Positions 8,677 to 19,568 of a stretch of 64,000 nt of DNA are shown piece by piece. The translations under genes were made by a program, and so were the position numbers. This DNA is from Candidatus Dojkabacteria bacterium (GTDB taxonomy: Bacteria > Patescibacteriota > Dojkabacteria > J137): contig AP024679.1 of assembly GCA_025999215.1 (NCBI GenBank), positions 229,645-293,644 of the forward strand, given 5' to 3'. Position 1 is the first letter of the stretch; every line of letters starts with the position of its first letter. The notes under the pieces were generated by a model. That model was not told where the DNA came from and did no database searches. It worked only from the letters and a program-made list of their open reading frames with translations.

Positions 8677-9039
8677 TTACTGAATTGGTTTTAAAATTTC
8701 TTTTATAAATTCTTTTTCAATTTCACTTTCAGAATTCCAAGCAACAATCTGACTCAAAGTAAACTCGCTAGAATTATTACTTTTACGTTTTTTGACTGTT
8801 TCAGCTTTTTGCTCGGGCTGAGATTTTTTAGGTTTGTTTTGTGATTTAGATTTTTTTTGAGATTCTTCCTCTAGCTCTAAATTTTTTTCTAAGTCAATCT
8901 TTTGAATTATGTACCTAGGCTTGTTGTAAGAAGTGAGAATAATTTCACCGTATTGATCAACAATAGCAAAAATATCTCCAGTTTTATTTTTAACTTCAGT
9001 AAGCGATGCAACAATTTGTCCTTTTTTGTTTTTCTTCAT
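8677..9039 (-). CDS. Phd/YefM-like antitoxin with a lysine-rich C-terminal tail
   Basis: N-terminus IVASLTEVKNKTGDIFAIVDQYGEIILTSYNKPRYII resembles the YefM/Phd fold signature. It overlaps the PIN gene in operon arrangement. The basic, low-complexity tail is unusual. Confidence 0.45.
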   Translation of the reverse strand: MKKNKKGQIVASLTEVKNKTGDIFAIVDQYGEIILTSYNKPRYIIQKIDLEKNLELEEESQKKSKSQNKPKKSQPEQKAETVKKRKSNNSSEFTLSQIVAWNSESEIEKEFIKEILKPIQ

Positions 9040-9093
9040 TTGAAAAATTATAATCTAGCATATTATAGCTAATTTAGCTAACATGTCAATGCT

Positions 9094-10149
9094 TTAGTAT
9101 CGTTTCTTTCGCTTTTCTATTTTTTCGTAAAAATTTGTAAAAAAATATAGAGAGCTTGTGGGAATGTCCTTGGCGGGAATCCATTGCATAAGTTGACCTG
9201 GAAATTTTTGTTTAAATTGGCTTAGGCCTTGCCATGGATGCGTTGATTTAGAATTTTTGGGTGCCAAACCCCAAAAATTAAAATGGGTGCTATTGTGCTT
9301 GAAAGCTTCAAGGTAGGCATGCCAAATAATTCCGTATGGGGCGCTTAAGTTTTTAAATTCGGCCAATGATCCAGAATGGTGATAACAAGTTTGTTGGGCG
9401 TAGTGAATAAACATTGCTCCCGCAACGTATTTTTCCTTATATTTCGCTAAAATTAAAGAAGCCTTGCCTGCTTTTGAAAAAACATCTAACTCCTCCTTTA
9501 TGAAATCTTTGGGAAAAGGCTTCCAGTTGTTTCTTTGTGCTGTGGATTGTAAAATTTCATAAAACTCTTCAAATTTTTGAGAATCTTCATGAATTTCGAA
9601 GGTACAATTTTTGAGAGCTTTTTTGACTTCATAACGAGTTTTTTTCTTGAATGAAGAGAGTAGTAAATCAGGGTTTAGCTTGCCAATGCTACTAACCCAT
9701 GTATCTAACCCTTCGAGAGATGCAATTGGAGTATTAACTGCTTTAATTTTTTTGTAAACTTTTGCTTCAAGAGTTCCATCTTCAATCAGTGGGCTTATTC
9801 TTACAAACCATAAACCTTTTTGTTTGGATAATTGTTTGAGAAAACCAATTGTTTGTTGCGCCAAAATTTCGTTTGACCAATCAATCAATGGCCCATTTCT
9901 AAAATACAAATATTTGCCTCTTTTGGCGTATACTTCAATTCCTATACCCCCCCCAATAATCTCTCCGGTACTGTCTTTTACCACGAAACTTATTGAAGGA
10001 ATGTTGAGGTTATCATGAATTTGTTTCCAATAACTAGATTGTATAAAAGTGGTGCGCGGGATACCAGCCTTTGATCTTGGATAGTCGTTTACAAATCTAT
10101 CCCAAGAAGTTGTAGCTATGTTGTCTACTAATTCAAATGAATATTTCAT
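9094..10149 (-). CDS. FemAB-family protein (peptidoglycan branch aminoacyltransferase-like)
   Basis: 351 aa. The call rests on overall resemblance to Fem/MurM-type GNAT-fold transferases and the position directly upstream of a Mur ligase gene. No single diagnostic motif was verified. Confidence 0.5.
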   Translation of the reverse strand: MKYSFELVDNIATTSWDRFVNDYPRSKAGIPRTTFIQSSYWKQIHDNLNIPSISFVVKDSTGEIIGGGIGIEVYAKRGKYLYFRNGPLIDWSNEILAQQTIGFLKQLSKQKGLWFVRISPLIEDGTLEAKVYKKIKAVNTPIASLEGLDTWVSSIGKLNPDLLLSSFKKKTRYEVKKALKNCTFEIHEDSQKFEEFYEILQSTAQRNNWKPFPKDFIKEELDVFSKAGKASLILAKYKEKYVAGAMFIHYAQQTCYHHSGSLAEFKNLSAPYGIIWHAYLEAFKHNSTHFNFWGLAPKNSKSTHPWQGLSQFKQKFPGQLMQWIPAKDIPTSSLYFFTNFYEKIEKRKKRY

Positions 10150-11909
10150 TCGTTTTCTTTAACAATTTCTTGAATGATGGATGGATGAATGCGCCCTTCC
10201 AATAAAACCACATCTCCAAAATTTACATTTTCCCAAAACAGTTTGAGGGCCTCGTCAGGTTTGGAATACTTGAAAATTAAAGCGTTAGTGTTATTCTTTT
10301 TAGCTATTTCTGCAAGCAAACTATCTTCGGAAATTAAAATATCAAAATTTTTGCCAATTTTTTTAATTAACTCTGCGTAGGTTGCTTTTTTATACCTTCC
10401 TAGCTCATATATGCCTTTACAAATTATGATTCTTTGAGCTTTACTTTTTCTAATTTTGTTCATCATGTTTACTCCTGCTATGAAGCCATTGAATGAAGAA
10501 TTGTATGTATCGTTTATTATTGTGGTTTCATTGTCTCCTTTTAAAATTTCTTGTCTTGGTAATTTAATATTAAGGTCCTTCAAAGTATCTGCAATATCTT
10601 TTAAGGAAATATTTAATTCCATTGCTGTTGCAATACTTAACGCAAAATTCATAACTAAATGATCGGTATTGTGTTTTATGGTGAAGGTAACTTTTTCGTT
10701 TATTGTTTTAATGCTAAATCTGAGAGCTGTCTTGTTAGAGCTAACATTTTCAATTAACATTGCTGTTAATTCGGGGTCATTTTTCTTTATTGTGTTTTCA
10801 AAAATTTTGGCGCTTGTAGTTATGAAAATTGATTTTCCAGAAAAAAGTTCATGCATGTCTCTAATTAGCTCGTTGTCGGCGTTCAGTATTGCAACACCAT
10901 CTTTTTGTAGTCCTTGAACAATTTCAGATTTTGCTTCGAAAAGTTTTTGTTTTGATCCAAAAATTCCAATGTGTTGTCTGTCTAAGCTTGTTACGATTGA
11001 AATCTCAGGTGGAAAATGCTTGGTTACAGCTTTAATTTCTCCTTTTCTATATGCTCCCATTTCGGCTATGAAGATCTGAGTGTCTTTTTTGACTGATTGC
11101 AAAATTCCTTTTGCAATACCAACATCCGAGTTGAAATTGTATGGTGTTTTGGCAACTTTGTACTTTGAACTGAGTATTTCATAAAGAATTTCTTTGGTGG
11201 TTGTTTTGCCCTCGCTTCCAGTAATGCCAATTATTACAAGATTTGGGTTTGTTTTTCTTAGATACCTTTTTGCTTTATAAATTAATAATTGTCTCTTAAA
11301 TCGCGCAAAAGGGTAAGTTAAAGCTACACCTAAAGCAACCAAAAAAGGAGTAAACAAATCAATTAAAATACCAATAAGTGTTGCTAATCCCAAAAAAATA
11401 TATACGTCAGGGTAAATATAGTAACCAGATTCATTTTTGAAAGGTGTTACTTCCGATACAAAAGATTCATAAGAATCTAAATTTCTATCTAACACAGCAA
11501 AAGGTGCCGTAAAAACAAATGCGATAGTGATATAAAAAATACAAAGTATTCCAATAATCAATAAGTTTCTAGTATTTTTAAAACTAGGTCTCCTTGTTTT
11601 TTTGCTAAATAGCTGGTACACAAAATTTACTGATTGATCAAACCATATGGCGAAAGTCAAAGTGATACCAAGCATTGCTAGTAGGTCAAATTCAAAAAGC
11701 AAACTAACCATTGTGAACAACAAAAATTTAATTGCAATCATTCCAGCAGCTCTATTGTGTTCTTGTTGATCCCATCTGATGTACACCCAAAATCTATCCC
11801 AGCGATACTCTTTGAGTTGCCAGAGGTATAGATCCCACAAAACATTTTTAATGAAAACTATAAAAGCCGGCATCCAAAACAAAAAAGCTAATACTATAAA
11901 CTCTTTCAT
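10146..11909 (-). CDS. murF: Mur ligase family protein (MurF-like) with an N-terminal 5-TM membrane domain of about 220 aa
   Basis: P-loop GITGSEGKTTTKE and SLDRQHIGIFGS (compare the MurF AHLEGFGS motif). The N-terminal 220 residues are strongly hydrophobic with several predicted TM helices. The total is 587 aa against roughly 450 aa for a typical MurF. Confidence 0.6.
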   Translation of the reverse strand: MKEFIVLAFLFWMPAFIVFIKNVLWDLYLWQLKEYRWDRFWVYIRWDQQEHNRAAGMIAIKFLLFTMVSLLFEFDLLAMLGITLTFAIWFDQSVNFVYQLFSKKTRRPSFKNTRNLLIIGILCIFYITIAFVFTAPFAVLDRNLDSYESFVSEVTPFKNESGYYIYPDVYIFLGLATLIGILIDLFTPFLVALGVALTYPFARFKRQLLIYKAKRYLRKTNPNLVIIGITGSEGKTTTKEILYEILSSKYKVAKTPYNFNSDVGIAKGILQSVKKDTQIFIAEMGAYRKGEIKAVTKHFPPEISIVTSLDRQHIGIFGSKQKLFEAKSEIVQGLQKDGVAILNADNELIRDMHELFSGKSIFITTSAKIFENTIKKNDPELTAMLIENVSSNKTALRFSIKTINEKVTFTIKHNTDHLVMNFALSIATAMELNISLKDIADTLKDLNIKLPRQEILKGDNETTIINDTYNSSFNGFIAGVNMMNKIRKSKAQRIIICKGIYELGRYKKATYAELIKKIGKNFDILISEDSLLAEIAKKNNTNALIFKYSKPDEALKLFWENVNFGDVVLLEGRIHPSIIQEIVKENE

Positions 11910-11912
11910 AAG

Positions 11913-12611
11913 TTAATTTTTCAAAAAATTATCTATAATTTCGGCGATTTGCTCATACTTTACCAACGGCAAATTATGACCGCCTTTGATTACAACTAGT
12001 TTAGAGTTTAATATGTTTTCTTGCAAGTATTCTCCCATCCAAAGTGGAGTAGCTTTGTCTTCATCTCCCCAAATGATTAAAGTTGGTAAATTAATCTTAC
12101 TTACTTCATTATCATAAAAAGATTCATTGATAATTTTAAAAGTTTCTTTTAAATTACCTTGAGCTTTTAAGTAATCGCGTTCGTTTATGATTTTAGTATA
12201 GATAACTTTACGAACAAAATTGTAGAAAGGGAATTTTTCAAATTTTTTAGCAACTTTTGAAACATTTTTCCAAAACTTTTTTTTAAGAGTATTTTTGGGC
12301 TTTATGCCCGAAATATCTATCAACACAATTTTTTGGGGTTTTAATTGTTTATTGATTACAGAATGTATTATTATTCTTCCGCCAAAAGAATGTCCAACCA
12401 AAACAAATTTATCAAGGTGTGATGTTTTTTCTTTAAGCCACTTACTAAAATCGTTCATGTTCCAAGGTTTATTCATTTCTGGAGTGCTTCCAAATCCTGG
12501 AATTTCAAGTCTTAGTGTTGAGTAACCTTTTTTTTGTAGTGAAATATCAAGATTTTCTAAACTTTTTATACTTCCCCCCCAGCCGTGTATTAATACAATT
12601 GTTGGTTTCAT
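11913..12611 (-). CDS. alpha/beta-hydrolase fold esterase/lipase
   Basis: LIHGWGGS oxyanion region and GHSFGG nucleophile elbow. Confidence 0.65.
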   Translation of the reverse strand: MKPTIVLIHGWGGSIKSLENLDISLQKKGYSTLRLEIPGFGSTPEMNKPWNMNDFSKWLKEKTSHLDKFVLVGHSFGGRIIIHSVINKQLKPQKIVLIDISGIKPKNTLKKKFWKNVSKVAKKFEKFPFYNFVRKVIYTKIINERDYLKAQGNLKETFKIINESFYDNEVSKINLPTLIIWGDEDKATPLWMGEYLQENILNSKLVVIKGGHNLPLVKYEQIAEIIDNFLKN

Positions 12612-12685
12612 AATTAATTATAGCTAATTTTACCTTTTTATTAAATTTACTTGCTTAATTGTTACTTTGAGAATATACTTTAATT

Positions 12686-13018
12686 ATGAGTGAGTTTGAA
12701 ATTGCAAGAATAATTTTGTTTGTATCTATAAGTATTTCGGTACTAATTTTGGCTATTCAGTTTGCAAGATTGATTGGAGAATTTATCGGTATCGTAAAGG
12801 AATCAAAAAAAACTATAAGCAAGTTTGATGGCTTTTTTGAAAATGTAGAAAAAGATTATCAGGAATTAAGAGACAAAGTTTTTGACATAGTTAATTTTTT
12901 AGAAATAATGGTTTCAACAATGACAGGCGTGATTGGCGTTAGTAAAATTGTTAATGCGCTACAAACTTGGTTTAATTCAAAAGATAAAAATTCAAAAACA
13001 AAAGAAAACGATAATTAA
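12686..13018 (+). CDS. small hypothetical membrane protein
   Basis: 110 aa with an N-terminal TM segment. Confidence 0.3.
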   Translation: MSEFEIARIILFVSISISVLILAIQFARLIGEFIGIVKESKKTISKFDGFFENVEKDYQELRDKVFDIVNFLEIMVSTMTGVIGVSKIVNALQTWFNSKDKNSKTKENDN

Positions 13019-13073
13019 TGTGTTGATTTGTTGGTTTTTTTGTTGTAAAATTAATTGTTATTAGTGATTAAAT

Positions 13074-13364
13074 ATGGCAAGTAAAAAGAGTTTATTTCAA
13101 AAAAATAAAGAGAAAAAGCAAGAAATTATTAAAAAGTATGGATTGCATGAAAATGATGACGGTTCACCAAAGGTGCAAATTGCTTTGTTGACAGAAAAAA
13201 TTAATTACATTGCAAACCATCTAAAAAAACACAAAAAAGATAACCACACTCGCAGAGGTCTTCTTAAAGCTGTAGGCGCAAGAAGAAGGCTTATTAAATA
13301 CTTGCAACGAACTTCTACAAACAAAGAGGAAGTTGATAGTTTTTTGAAAGAAATGGGGCTTTAG
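13074..13364 (+). CDS. rpsO: 30S ribosomal protein S15
   Basis: [29 protein letters not shown] matches the S15 signature. Confidence 0.85.
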   Translation: MASKKSLFQKNKEKKQEIIKKYGLHENDDGSPKVQIALLTEKINYIANHLKKHKKDNHTRRGLLKAVGARRRLIKYLQRTSTNKEEVDSFLKEMGL

Positions 13365-13411
13365 TTTGAGTAATAGTTCCATAATTTAGCGTTGCAAGCT
13401 AGAATGTATTC

Positions 13412-14557
13412 ATGAAGTTTTTAAAGTTTTTCAAGAAGAAAAGTGCTGATTCTACGATAAAGAAAAGAATTTATGTTGATAATCCTCGTTACTACACTCA
13501 GCTTTACGCATCAAGCGAACTCAAACTTCCAACTTATTCAAAAAAAGATTTGAAAAAGATTAAAAAGCGTCGTAGAAAAGGAAAATTAAGGGAATTTTTT
13601 GAAAAAATAAAACTTTCAGTTTTAAAGTTTCTAAGTTTTAAATTTGTTTTAGTAATTCTTCCTGTTTTTGTGTTGCTTTTTTCGTCATACATTTTTAAAA
13701 ATATAAATTTTTTCAATGTATCGGAGATAAGTGTTGTTGGGAATAAACAAATTTCTAACGAAGAAATCTACAACATACTTTCAAAATATCAAAACAAAAA
13801 TTTGTTTAACTTTAGCGCTCGCGATATAGAACAAGAAATCAAAGAAAATTTAAGTTTAGTGAAGGAAGTTTACGTATGGAAATATTTGCCTAACAAACTG
13901 AGTGTTGAAGTAGTTGAACGAAAACCTAGTTTTGTAATAACAACTTTAGATGCATCGCACATTGTTGATATTGATAATACTGTGATTCTTCAAATTCCTA
14001 ATGAACGTTTTGATTTAATAAAATTTGAGCGAGAAGTGTTGAGAGGTGAGGCAAGTATTGATGATACTTATGTAAAAGAGCAGTTTTTCATAAATCTTGA
14101 ACTTAAAGAAGGTGAAGAAGCACCAAAGTGGGAAGAAGTTCCGATTGAGGAAAAGCAAAAACTTTTTGAGCAACTCAAAGAAAATACATTAAACAAAGTC
14201 CGTACCTTTTTAGAATCACAGCGAGATATTCTTCCAGAGCAATTCAAAGACCTTCCATTAATGATTTTGTATACTGACCAAGTTTTTCCTGTTCGCCAAA
14301 AGGTAAATGACGAGCAAGTTGCATTTAGTAATGAAGCTTTAATTAAATTATCAAAAATTTCATTCAAAATAGATAGGGTGGTGTGGACTAGCCAGTTTAC
14401 TGCCGAGTTCATTTTGACTGATGGGAAAGTTTTACTTTTATCAAGGTTGAGACCTCTTGATGACCAAGTTCAAGATCTTAATCTACTTCTTCAAAATATT
14501 TCGTTTGAAAAATTTACTCGTTTTGATGTGAGGGTGCCCACTATCGCTGTAGAGTAA
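13412..14557 (+). CDS. ftsQ: cell division protein FtsQ/DivIB-like (POTRA domain)
   Basis: N-terminal TM segment, POTRA-like VSEISVVGNKQISNEEIYNIL, and a position immediately upstream of ftsA-ftsZ. Confidence 0.6.
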   Translation: MKFLKFFKKKSADSTIKKRIYVDNPRYYTQLYASSELKLPTYSKKDLKKIKKRRRKGKLREFFEKIKLSVLKFLSFKFVLVILPVFVLLFSSYIFKNINFFNVSEISVVGNKQISNEEIYNILSKYQNKNLFNFSARDIEQEIKENLSLVKEVYVWKYLPNKLSVEVVERKPSFVITTLDASHIVDIDNTVILQIPNERFDLIKFEREVLRGEASIDDTYVKEQFFINLELKEGEEAPKWEEVPIEEKQKLFEQLKENTLNKVRTFLESQRDILPEQFKDLPLMILYTDQVFPVRQKVNDEQVAFSNEALIKLSKISFKIDRVVWTSQFTAEFILTDGKVLLLSRLRPLDDQVQDLNLLLQNISFEKFTRFDVRVPTIAVE

Positions 14558-14699
14558 ATTTATTTGCTTAAAATAAATAAAAAACTTGTGTTCAAATAAA
14601 ATCTGCAGTATCCTTAAAAAGTAAGAAAATTTTTGTACAAATACTTGTCAAGTAGTTTGCTTCGTTGTAAACTAAGGTATACATTTTAATTAATACAAG

Positions 14700-16049
14700 A
14701 TGTCTAATATAGTTACAGCAATTGATATAGGTTCAAGCAAGGTTGTTGCGATTATTGCTGTTTTAGATGATGATAAGATCAAGGTGATTGGAGAAGCTAC
14801 ATATCCTTCATATGGAATCAGAAAAGGAGAAATTACGAGTATTGATGAAGCAATTAATTCAATAGCTTCTGCGCTTAATGGAGCGGAAAGAATGGCTGGT
14901 CTTACGGTTTCCTCTGCGTACGTTTCAATCAATGGAAAAAATATTATTTCAAATAATAATAAAGGTGTGGTAGCAGTTTCTGATGCAGAGATTGCTGAGG
15001 ATGATGTGCTAAGAGCGCTAGGCCAAGCGCGCACTGTTGCGATTCCCCCTGGAAGAGACATTATTCATTTGTTGCCAAGAGAATTTATTATTGATCAACA
15101 GTCTGGAATTAAAGTTCCTATTGGTATGACGGGTACGAGACTAGAAGTAGATGCTCATATAATTTCTGCGCCTACAACTGCAATTCATAATTTAGAAAAA
15201 TGTATTCAAAGAATTGGATTGAGAATTGACGGTATTGTTTTTACTGGTTGGGCAAGTGCTCAATCTGTTTTAACTAGTACAGAAAAAGAGTTAGGAGTAC
15301 TGCTTCTTGATTTTGGGGGCGGAACTGTAAGTGTTACCACTTTTGTAGAGGATGCAGTTACTTACAGTACTTCGATACCATTTGGCGGAAGTAATGTAAC
15401 TCGTGACTTGGCGGCGGGCTTGAGATTATCACAATTGGAGGATGCTGAAAAAATCAAAATTCATGCCGAAGAATTATTTAAAAAGGCTGATTCTAGAAAC
15501 TCTCTTGACGATGCAGATAACAAAACGGCATTGGAGCGAAAGAAATCTTCAAACAACGAAAAAGACTCTAAAGAAAAAAAGGAGAAGAAAGAACCTGTAA
15601 AATCAGATGTGCTTGATGTTACAGATTTAAATATTGAAGGAGTTAAAACAATATCGCGAAAACTTTTTACAGAGATTATTGAGGCAAGGGTAACTGAGAT
15701 TTTTGAGTTAGTGAAAGAAGATATTGAACAATCTGGAAACGAGTATAAATTGCCTGCCGGAATAATCATTACCGGTGGATCCGCAAATTTACCAAATATT
15801 ACACAATTAGCAAAAGATGTGTTTGGTGTACCTGCAAGAGTAGGTGTACCTAGAGGGTTAGAAGGTTTGACTGATGGAATTTCTGGCAGCGCGTATGCGG
15901 CTGCTCAGGGTTTGATTTTGTACGGAGTAAAAGATGAAGGGTTTAATGATGCATCGCCGCGGAAGCCCAAAGCAGGCAATAGTTACAAACAAGGAGGATT
16001 ATTTGGCAAGGTGGTAGATTTTTTCAAAGGATTGGTACCTAATGGGTAA
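14700..16049 (+). CDS. ftsA: cell division protein FtsA
   Basis: Actin-like ATPase motifs IDIGSSKVVAII and DFGGGTVSV; gene order ftsQ-ftsA-ftsZ. Confidence 0.85.
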   Translation: MSNIVTAIDIGSSKVVAIIAVLDDDKIKVIGEATYPSYGIRKGEITSIDEAINSIASALNGAERMAGLTVSSAYVSINGKNIISNNNKGVVAVSDAEIAEDDVLRALGQARTVAIPPGRDIIHLLPREFIIDQQSGIKVPIGMTGTRLEVDAHIISAPTTAIHNLEKCIQRIGLRIDGIVFTGWASAQSVLTSTEKELGVLLLDFGGGTVSVTTFVEDAVTYSTSIPFGGSNVTRDLAAGLRLSQLEDAEKIKIHAEELFKKADSRNSLDDADNKTALERKKSSNNEKDSKEKKEKKEPVKSDVLDVTDLNIEGVKTISRKLFTEIIEARVTEIFELVKEDIEQSGNEYKLPAGIIITGGSANLPNITQLAKDVFGVPARVGVPRGLEGLTDGISGSAYAAAQGLILYGVKDEGFNDASPRKPKAGNSYKQGGLFGKVVDFFKGLVPNG

Positions 16050-16153
16050 TTAATTTGTTCGATATTTAAAATTTATGAGTAGAAATTTTTAACAAACAGT
16101 TGCTTTTTAAAGGCATCAGGTTTAGTATATATTTAGTAATTATTTAAAAGATT

Positions 16154-17302
16154 ATGTTAGTAAAACCACAGGCACCCCTATCTGCAAAAATTAAAGTAGT
16201 CGGCGTTGGAGGTGGCGGAGGAAATGCCCTCAATACAATGATTACTGATTACAATATTCAGGATGTTGAATTCATAGCAGTAAACACTGATGCTCAAGCA
16301 TTAATGAATTCAAAAGCAGACATTAAGCTTAGAATAGGTGAGCAAATTACTAGAGGTTTAGGTAGTGGAGGTAACCCAGTAATTGGAAGAAAAGCAGCGG
16401 AAGAGAGTGTAGATATGCTTCATGAACATTTGGCCGGAGCGGATATGGTTTTTGTGACTGCTGGAATGGGTGGAGGTACAGGAACTGGCGCTGCTCCCGT
16501 TATTGCTGGTATTGCCAAAAATCTTGGAGCTTTGACAGTTGGTGTAGTTACTAAACCTTTTCACTTTGAAATGAAAAGGCGAATGGATTTAGCACTCAAA
16601 GGTATAGACGAACTAAAAGAGAAAGTGGATACTTTGATTGTTGTTCCTAATCAAAGGCTTTTGGAGATTATGGATAAAAAAGCAACATTTTCTGAAGCAA
16701 TGAAAAAGGCTGATGATGTTCTAGCGCAAGCTGTGAGAAGTATTTCTAATTTAATTAATCAACCTGGAATGATCAATGTTGACTTTGCCGATGTGCGATC
16801 CGTCATGGATGATGGAGGTACTGCTTTGATGGGAATTGGTTATGCCGAAGATGGAGATGATAGAGCACTTAAGGCTGCAGAAATGGCAATAGAAAGTCCT
16901 TTGTTGGAGATTAGTGTGGATGGGGCGAAGGGAGTTTTATTTAACATCATTGGAGGTAAAGATATGGCGCTTGGAGAAATCCATGAAGCGGCTGAAATTT
17001 TGCAGAGTAGGATAGCTCCTGATGCCACATTTATTTTTGGAGCTCAAATTGATCCAGAGAAAACTGGAATTGAGGTAACAGTTTTGGCAACTGGTTTTAG
17101 TGAAAATTATAGAAAATCAGAGGATACAGATTTGGAGCTTCTTGCTGCTCAAAGAGGCGCTGGAATTGATGCAAAACAAAAACCTAAGCAGACTGGTGTG
17201 ATTGGCAATGTTAATCCAGAGAGTGATAAAAAATATCAAGATGATGAACTAGATAATACCCCTAGTTTCCTTAGAAGAAAGAAGCAACAAGACGATGAAT
17301 AA
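16154..17302 (+). CDS. ftsZ: cell division GTPase FtsZ
   Basis: Tubulin signature [13 protein letters not shown] and the T1 loop [11 protein letters not shown]. Confidence 0.95.
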   Translation: MLVKPQAPLSAKIKVVGVGGGGGNALNTMITDYNIQDVEFIAVNTDAQALMNSKADIKLRIGEQITRGLGSGGNPVIGRKAAEESVDMLHEHLAGADMVFVTAGMGGGTGTGAAPVIAGIAKNLGALTVGVVTKPFHFEMKRRMDLALKGIDELKEKVDTLIVVPNQRLLEIMDKKATFSEAMKKADDVLAQAVRSISNLINQPGMINVDFADVRSVMDDGGTALMGIGYAEDGDDRALKAAEMAIESPLLEISVDGAKGVLFNIIGGKDMALGEIHEAAEILQSRIAPDATFIFGAQIDPEKTGIEVTVLATGFSENYRKSEDTDLELLAAQRGAGIDAKQKPKQTGVIGNVNPESDKKYQDDELDNTPSFLRRKKQQDDE

Positions 17303-17360
17303 TTTTCTTGGTTATTGACTGAAATTATGGGTCTTGTTGAAATTTAGGTTTAGGTAGTTG

Positions 17361-18233
17361 TTATACTTCTCTTGCTACAGCTACGAATCTTTTGGAGTTA
17401 CTTCCGTTTGGAAAGCAGGTAAATAGTGTTAGTGTTCTTTTGCCAGGTGTTCCCGTAATTATCTCAATATCAGTTGGATCTACAATTTTACTTCTCTGCA
17501 TTTTAAATTGAAAAGTTTTTCCATCTATTTCAATAAATATATCATCACCAACTGAAATTTCTTGAAGATATGAAAAAGCAACCATAGGATCACTTCTTTT
17601 TGGATTATAACTAGGTGAAGCGCTATGACCATAAATGACTATGTTGTTTGGAATATCAGAAATAGGTAGTCCAGTATATTTAAAGTGAGCAAGTGAATCT
17701 TCAAGTGCAGGTAAATAAGATTCTTTTGATGATGAATCAACATTTGCTTCAACTGGAAGTCTTTCCATACCTAATGATGGGATTGATAAATAAAAGACGC
17801 CACTATACGATAAACTCACAGTATCTTCTTTTAGGACATTTTCAGACAGAGCTTTTTCGGTCAACTCCTCTAAACCTTGAGGAATTGAGACATATTCGGA
17901 CATTTCTATAAACTCTTCAGGAACTAATGCTATGGTGCCTTGTGCCAATTGGCCTGATTGCTCTTTTAATTTTTGCTGAATATCTGGTTTGAATTGTTGA
18001 AATATAAAATAAATCCCAGATACAAATAATATCAATGGCAACAAAAAATTAGCAATAGGTGAAACCCTTGTAAAATTATCTACATCTTTATAAACCTCCT
18101 TTGAGTAATCCCAGAATTTTTTTTTGTTGGGATAGTCATACTCAGTAAGAGGATTTAACTCAAACTCATCGTTTTTGTTTTCTTTAGAGTTAATTACCAT
18201 TTTAATAGTGAAAATTACTATTTTATGATACAA
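17361..18233 (-). CDS. sortase-family transpeptidase
   Basis: TLTLFTCFP (TLxTC catalytic Cys), the IVIYGH His, a conserved Arg in VAVAREV, and an N-terminal membrane anchor. Confidence 0.6.
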   Translation of the reverse strand: MYHKIVIFTIKMVINSKENKNDEFELNPLTEYDYPNKKKFWDYSKEVYKDVDNFTRVSPIANFLLPLILFVSGIYFIFQQFKPDIQQKLKEQSGQLAQGTIALVPEEFIEMSEYVSIPQGLEELTEKALSENVLKEDTVSLSYSGVFYLSIPSLGMERLPVEANVDSSSKESYLPALEDSLAHFKYTGLPISDIPNNIVIYGHSASPSYNPKRSDPMVAFSYLQEISVGDDIFIEIDGKTFQFKMQRSKIVDPTDIEIITGTPGKRTLTLFTCFPNGSNSKRFVAVAREV

Positions 18234-18289
18234 TTAACCTGTGTATTTTACAAATTTCAAATTTATTTAATTTTATTAAAAATTTTGCC

Positions 18290-19561
18290 ATGGCTATATC
18301 ACCATCCGACAAGCAAAAAGTTAAAGATCTTGTAATTTTGGGAAAAAAACAAGGATATGTGACAGAAGATGATATTTTATCTGTTTTTCCTGATATTGAG
18401 GATGATTTGAAACTACTAGAGTATATTGTTTCTAAACTTCAAGATTCTGATATAGAGATAATACACCTTGGCGATGAAAAGGATCAAGGTTTTAGCAGTG
18501 ATCCTTCTAAAATGAGTTTTGAAGAAAAAGTTAAAATTTTAAAACAAATAAGATCTCACAACAGTACTGATCCGATAAGAGCATACTTACAAGAAATAGG
18601 TAGAATACCTCTGCTTAATGCTGAGGAAGAAATTTTACTTGCCAAGAAAATAGAAGCTGGAGAAAAAGAAATTCAAAAACTTTTTGAAAAACTAGCTAAA
18701 GAAAAATATCATCAAGTTTATATTGATGCCTACAATGATTATAAACAAGGTGTTAATAAATCTGAAGCTATTGAAAAAGCGAAAAAAAGACTAACTACCA
18801 AAGACAGAAAACTAATGAATAAAACTATCAAAGAGGGGCTAGAGGCAAAAGATTTGTTGAGTACGGCAAATTTAAGGTTGGTAGTTTCAATTGCAAAAAA
18901 TTACTCCAAAAGAGGTTTGGATTTATTAGATTTGATACAGGAAGGAAATTTGGGGTTGATGAGAGCTGTTGAAAAATTTGAATACAGAAAAGGTTTTAAA
19001 TTTTCAACTTATGCAACTTGGTGGATTAGGCAAGCAATAACTAGAGCAATCGCTGATCAGGCAAGAACGATCAGAATTCCAGTTCATATGATTGAGACAA
19101 TCAATAAATTAAGCAAAGTCTCTGCTCAATTAGCAACAAAATTAGGTAGAAAACCAAAGCCAAGTGAAATTGCAAAAGAAATGGGGATCACTGTAGATAA
19201 AGTTGAAGAGATTATTAAAATTGCACAAAAACCACAATCTTTAGAAACTAAAATAGGTGAAGATGGTGAAAACGGGTTGATTGAAATAATTCCTGATGAG
19301 TATTCAGCTTCTCCTGCAGAACTTGCAAACTGGTCTTTTTTGAAAAAACAAATTGGTGAAGTATTAAAAAATTTGTCAGATCGAGAAAGAAAAGTTTTAG
19401 AACTAAGGTTTGGTTTAGTTGATGGCGTTCCAAGAACTCTTGAGGAAGTAGGGCATGAATTTAACGTTACGAGAGAAAGAATTAGACAAATAGAAGCTAA
19501 GGCTTTGAAAAAAATGAAAAATGATAAAATAGCCAAAGCTTTAAGAGATTACTTGATTTAA
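18290..19561 (+). CDS. rpoD: RNA polymerase sigma-70 factor RpoD
   Basis: Regions 2-4 are recognisable: region 2 [17 protein letters not shown] and region 2.4 [18 protein letters not shown]. Confidence 0.9.
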   Translation: MAISPSDKQKVKDLVILGKKQGYVTEDDILSVFPDIEDDLKLLEYIVSKLQDSDIEIIHLGDEKDQGFSSDPSKMSFEEKVKILKQIRSHNSTDPIRAYLQEIGRIPLLNAEEEILLAKKIEAGEKEIQKLFEKLAKEKYHQVYIDAYNDYKQGVNKSEAIEKAKKRLTTKDRKLMNKTIKEGLEAKDLLSTANLRLVVSIAKNYSKRGLDLLDLIQEGNLGLMRAVEKFEYRKGFKFSTYATWWIRQAITRAIADQARTIRIPVHMIETINKLSKVSAQLATKLGRKPKPSEIAKEMGITVDKVEEIIKIAQKPQSLETKIGEDGENGLIEIIPDEYSASPAELANWSFLKKQIGEVLKNLSDRERKVLELRFGLVDGVPRTLEEVGHEFNVTRERIRQIEAKALKKMKNDKIAKALRDYLI

Positions 19562-19568
19562 TTTTATT

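Noticed and set aside
14068-15061. ORFs 14068..14412 (-) and 14690..15061 (-)
   Set aside because: They are antisense to ftsQ and ftsA, which have strong motif support, so they are shadow ORFs.
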